DNA from: Lytechinus pictus
Taxonomy: Eukaryota
Assembly: GCF_037042905.1 (NCBI RefSeq)
Contig: NC_087250.1
Span: forward strand, 17,424,001-17,488,000
Length of the DNA stretch: 64,000 nt
Direction of reading: 5' to 3'
The position numbers and the translations under genes were made by a program. Below, one piece after another: positions 60,395 through 64,000 of the stretch. Numbering within the stretch: position 1 is the first letter of the stretch; each line of letters begins with the position of its first letter. The notes under the pieces were generated by a model. The model did no database searches. It was not told the DNA's origin and saw nothing but the letters and a program-made list of their open reading frames with translations.

Positions 60395-63300
60395 ATTTTA
60401 GCGACCATCCCATAGTCTATACGTAAGAGCAAATCGATAGGGAACATGGCATACAAATCTGAGAAACTTGCATCATTATTGTAGCGAGAAATGAATTGCA
60501 CTAATTGTAATAAATACAGATCTTTGACTTTCAACACTTTTCTTCCGAGAAAAAGTGGTTAATAATTCATACAATGAATAATTAATACGATTTGTTTGTT
60601 TGTATTATTCATACAATTAAACACTAATAGATATAGTGAGTGAGCGACATTAACTCTCCCATTTCCATATCACTAAGCTATGCATAACTAAGTTAACAAA
60701 ATAAGCGAAAATTTCACCCCAAAAATCGTTACATAGCTTTTTTTATGTTACGATTATGATGAAAATTTCCAGCATTGTTTGATTTTTCTGAATTGGTTCA
60801 AATCAACGTGTAGATGGTGATCTTGACCTTTAAGTCAGCAATTAGCTCTTTTCTCAAACTTTCAATGAATTTGTTTCTGGATTTGTCTGTTTTCACCTAA
60901 GCTATTATTTGTTTCCTTAGTTTCATTTTCCTTAAAAAATATGCGAGCATTTTATGATTGTTTGCAGGAATTCAGGACGAGGATTCCTATCTCACTATTC
61001 AAATAAAGCGAGAAACACGAGCTGATATAAAATACAGACCTGAAAACAAAGCATATGATCCATATCTCACTAAATAGGTAATACGAGCTCGAAGTACGAG
61101 CTTATTTATTAGAAAATGAGCGTTTATGCACTGTTTTTATCATCATAATTATGGTCATCATCATTATTATCATTATTATCATAATTACTATTATCATTGA
61201 TTATTACCATTAAAAGATACATAGTACGAGCACGAAGCGCGAGCTGATTTGACCTGAAAACAGGCAAGTATTCTTTATTCATCATGAACTTAATGTATAT
61301 ATCTCACTCAGCAAAATAACGATTAAACTCGAAGCTCGAGCAGAAGTATTTCTGTATATATATATATCTACATGTATATTGGCCCATTGACTTGAAAGCG
61401 GGATGTTTTAAACGCCATTTCAAATCTTCATGAACATGATATGAATCTCATATATGTATTATATTTTTTTTATATGATGACCTGAACGGTTTTCAGTTTT
61501 GATATTAAAATTCTCCCTTTTTCATGTTCTTCCTTCCCTTAATATTATTTTTCGATCCTCGGACCCCCCCCCCCCCCCCATCAGCACTGGCCGGGTGCGT
61601 GACCTTAAGTGCAACTTTCTGAAAATCAGAGCGCAATTATTATTTCTTTCCTTTTGGTAGTTGTTTACGTAGGAAAGTTACCCGGGGGGAGGGCAGTCAA
61701 ATATATTGCTGTACACATGTGTGACAACAACAAAAAAACGCGTTTAAAGGGGTTGGGTATTTTTTCAGTTTTGGACGCTGGCCGCGCGTGCACTCGTTAA
61801 GGGAATAAAAAAACACCGATATTAAAAAAAGGGGTGTTCTTGAAAGCCTGCATGGTCAATTGTCAATTAAGGACTCAAACGTATCTTAGGGTATGGTTTT
61901 TTCCAAAGCTATTTTTTTTAAAACGTACTATAGCCAAACGTGTTTAGGATATGTTTTTCCCCCAAGCTTTTCCCCGGGGCTTTTTCCTCCTCGTTTCTGA
62001 AAAGTGTTCGGGCCGAAACAAAAATTACTTTAATGTTTGGGGCTCTACAACTTGTTTAGGGGCCAAAATTTTGAAGCCCGCGAAAACTTGTTTAGGGGGT
62101 TATCTTGCACACAGAGAAAAAAGTGTTTGGAAATAATTTGGTCACGCATGTGTACAGCAATACATTTGATAGTTGGAGGTGGCGTAATGAGCCAAAAATG
62201 TTGAGGGGCCAGATATGGCGTATCGGGTAAAATTTACGAGCGAGCAAAATTTTTTTTTTTTCAAAATCCAATTTTGAGATACTTCAGTAAATAATATCAT
62301 ATTTTCCCTCCTCTCTTTCCTTTCCTTTCCTTTTCTTTTCTTCTTTTATTTTTCTTGGTCATCGAAAATTTGGGGAGATCAGTGAGCCCAAGCCCACCCC
62401 TCCCCTCATTTGTAGTACATGTAATGTATTCATTTCCCTATTATGGCTATGGAGGGATATATCTCTTCACACAATACCGTAGTATTACAAAAACCACCTG
62501 CCGATCATGATAAATGACAAGGTGCCGCTAATTGATCTACGCATGCGCACTTCCTTAGCAACCTCCAACGGTATCTCGTTGTTATTATGAATGGCGTTTT
62601 TTCACACGTGAAATCCCGTGGTCATCAGCATACACATAAAACCATCGCTTACGATTATAAAAATCAACTTTGTGGCCAGTTTATTGGATTTTGGATAGGA
62701 TATATTACAGCTATATACTCTGAGGATACGTAGGACAATTTTTGGTGAGTTTCAAATTGCATTTTGTGGCACAAAATGAATTGTTGATGTGTTTTTGCTT
62801 CTTTTTCCGGTGGCGGTGGGTTTGTGCGGAGATATAATTATAACTCCGTGGAATGCACTGTGTGTATTTGTAACGCCCAGCTGAGCTGAGCTGTGCTCTG
62901 TGAATTGAGGTGGGGTGATCGGTCATGCATGCATTTCGAGACGGGAGAGTTCTGGCTCCAATTCTTGTGGGCTACCGCTAAACTCCTCAGCAGGGATGTA
63001 CAAGTAGGTATTGTTAAAATTGTTTAAAGACGAAGTTGTTAAAATTGAACTTTATATAAAGCCAGACACATACCGTAGATCTTTTCAGATAATTTATGCC
63101 CAACTGTTATGATGACTGTGATGGGGTAACCATAATTTGCACACATTTAATGTGAAATTATCATGAAGTTGATTTTCAATAAAAATATTCTCACACAAGC
63201 AGGCACACAAGTCACAGACACATTCACACAACATGCACAAAATTAATAAAATCATAAATATGGCAGTGAGTCCAAACTTCGCGCGTGTCCATACTTCGCG

Positions 63301-64000
63301 GACGGTCATTATCTAAAAAACTAGCCAATATCCTTAAAATCTGACATCATCAACGTGAAAAGCGACCTAAAATTACCCTTTGGTGTAAGTTTCTTTAGGA
63401 TGAGTTCAGTATTCATGAAAATATTGGCAAAAGATCGGCAAATTTGTCACCGTTAGCGCCCGTTTTGAAGAAATCTGATATTCTCAACAAGCATTACGAT
63501 ATCACCATTTTGCAAGCAGAAATCATCAAAAATGTGAGTTAAATGTGGTACTAACCGATTCTATAGCATTTTGCCATCAATCTGATATAAATATTTCACT
63601 TTTTGAGCTTGGGCTTTTGTTTAAATGTCCACAAAAATTTTGGTCCGCGAAGTTAGGTCACACTTTTTCTGAACGCTTTTCCAGCACAGCGCGCATTCGC
63701 CGATAGAATAGAATTTTGAGATCGCGATACCGGCGAATCCCCTTGACCTACTTTACATTTTCGTCCATGATTTTATAGTTTACGATCTTGCCGTCAATGT
63801 GGTAACTATATTTTGACTTGGTTTTGTATATATTGTGAATATTTTTTGAAAAAATTTAAGCCTGATGAATATTTTTGAAAAGTGCGCGAAGTTTGGACAC
63901 CCCATCATACCAAACAGAAGGCAAGATCCCAAAGTCGAATTAGCTTGATCAAGTTGATGGAATTATAAAGTAGGCAAAGGCAAGAGTTTCGCCGGTATCG

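Overview
AT-rich, repeat-dense animal genomic DNA; the repeat style suggests a sea-urchin-like invertebrate, which is inference only. Two spliced minus-strand genes can be rebuilt by hand with consistent intron phases. The first is NSFL1C/p47 (UBA-SEP-SHP-UBX; 10 exons, 27426->4771, about 412 aa), whose last intron is a U12-type minor intron. The second is a multi-C2H2 zinc-finger gene (7 exons, 50034->31695, about 809 aa) that starts at a probable divergent promoter near 50.1-50.6 kb. Introns and intergenic DNA are packed with mobile elements. (1) An apparently full-length 8.6 kb L2/Crack-type LINE has intact ORF1 and ORF2 separated by an unusual 4.3 kb spacer of about 800-bp modules rich in E2F/CCAAT-like motifs. 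(2) A young non-coding LTR element has a tRNA-Leu PBS and a 4-bp TSD and sits 15 bp from a splice acceptor. (3) A palindrome with perfect 180-bp arms carries a Penelope-type hammerhead ribozyme variant and lies inside the U12 intron. (4) There are several tRNA-derived SINEs and many nested MITEs (Kolobok-, piggyBac-, hAT-, Tc1- and Harbinger-like). All coordinates were read manually; MITE and SINE boundaries may be off by a few bases.
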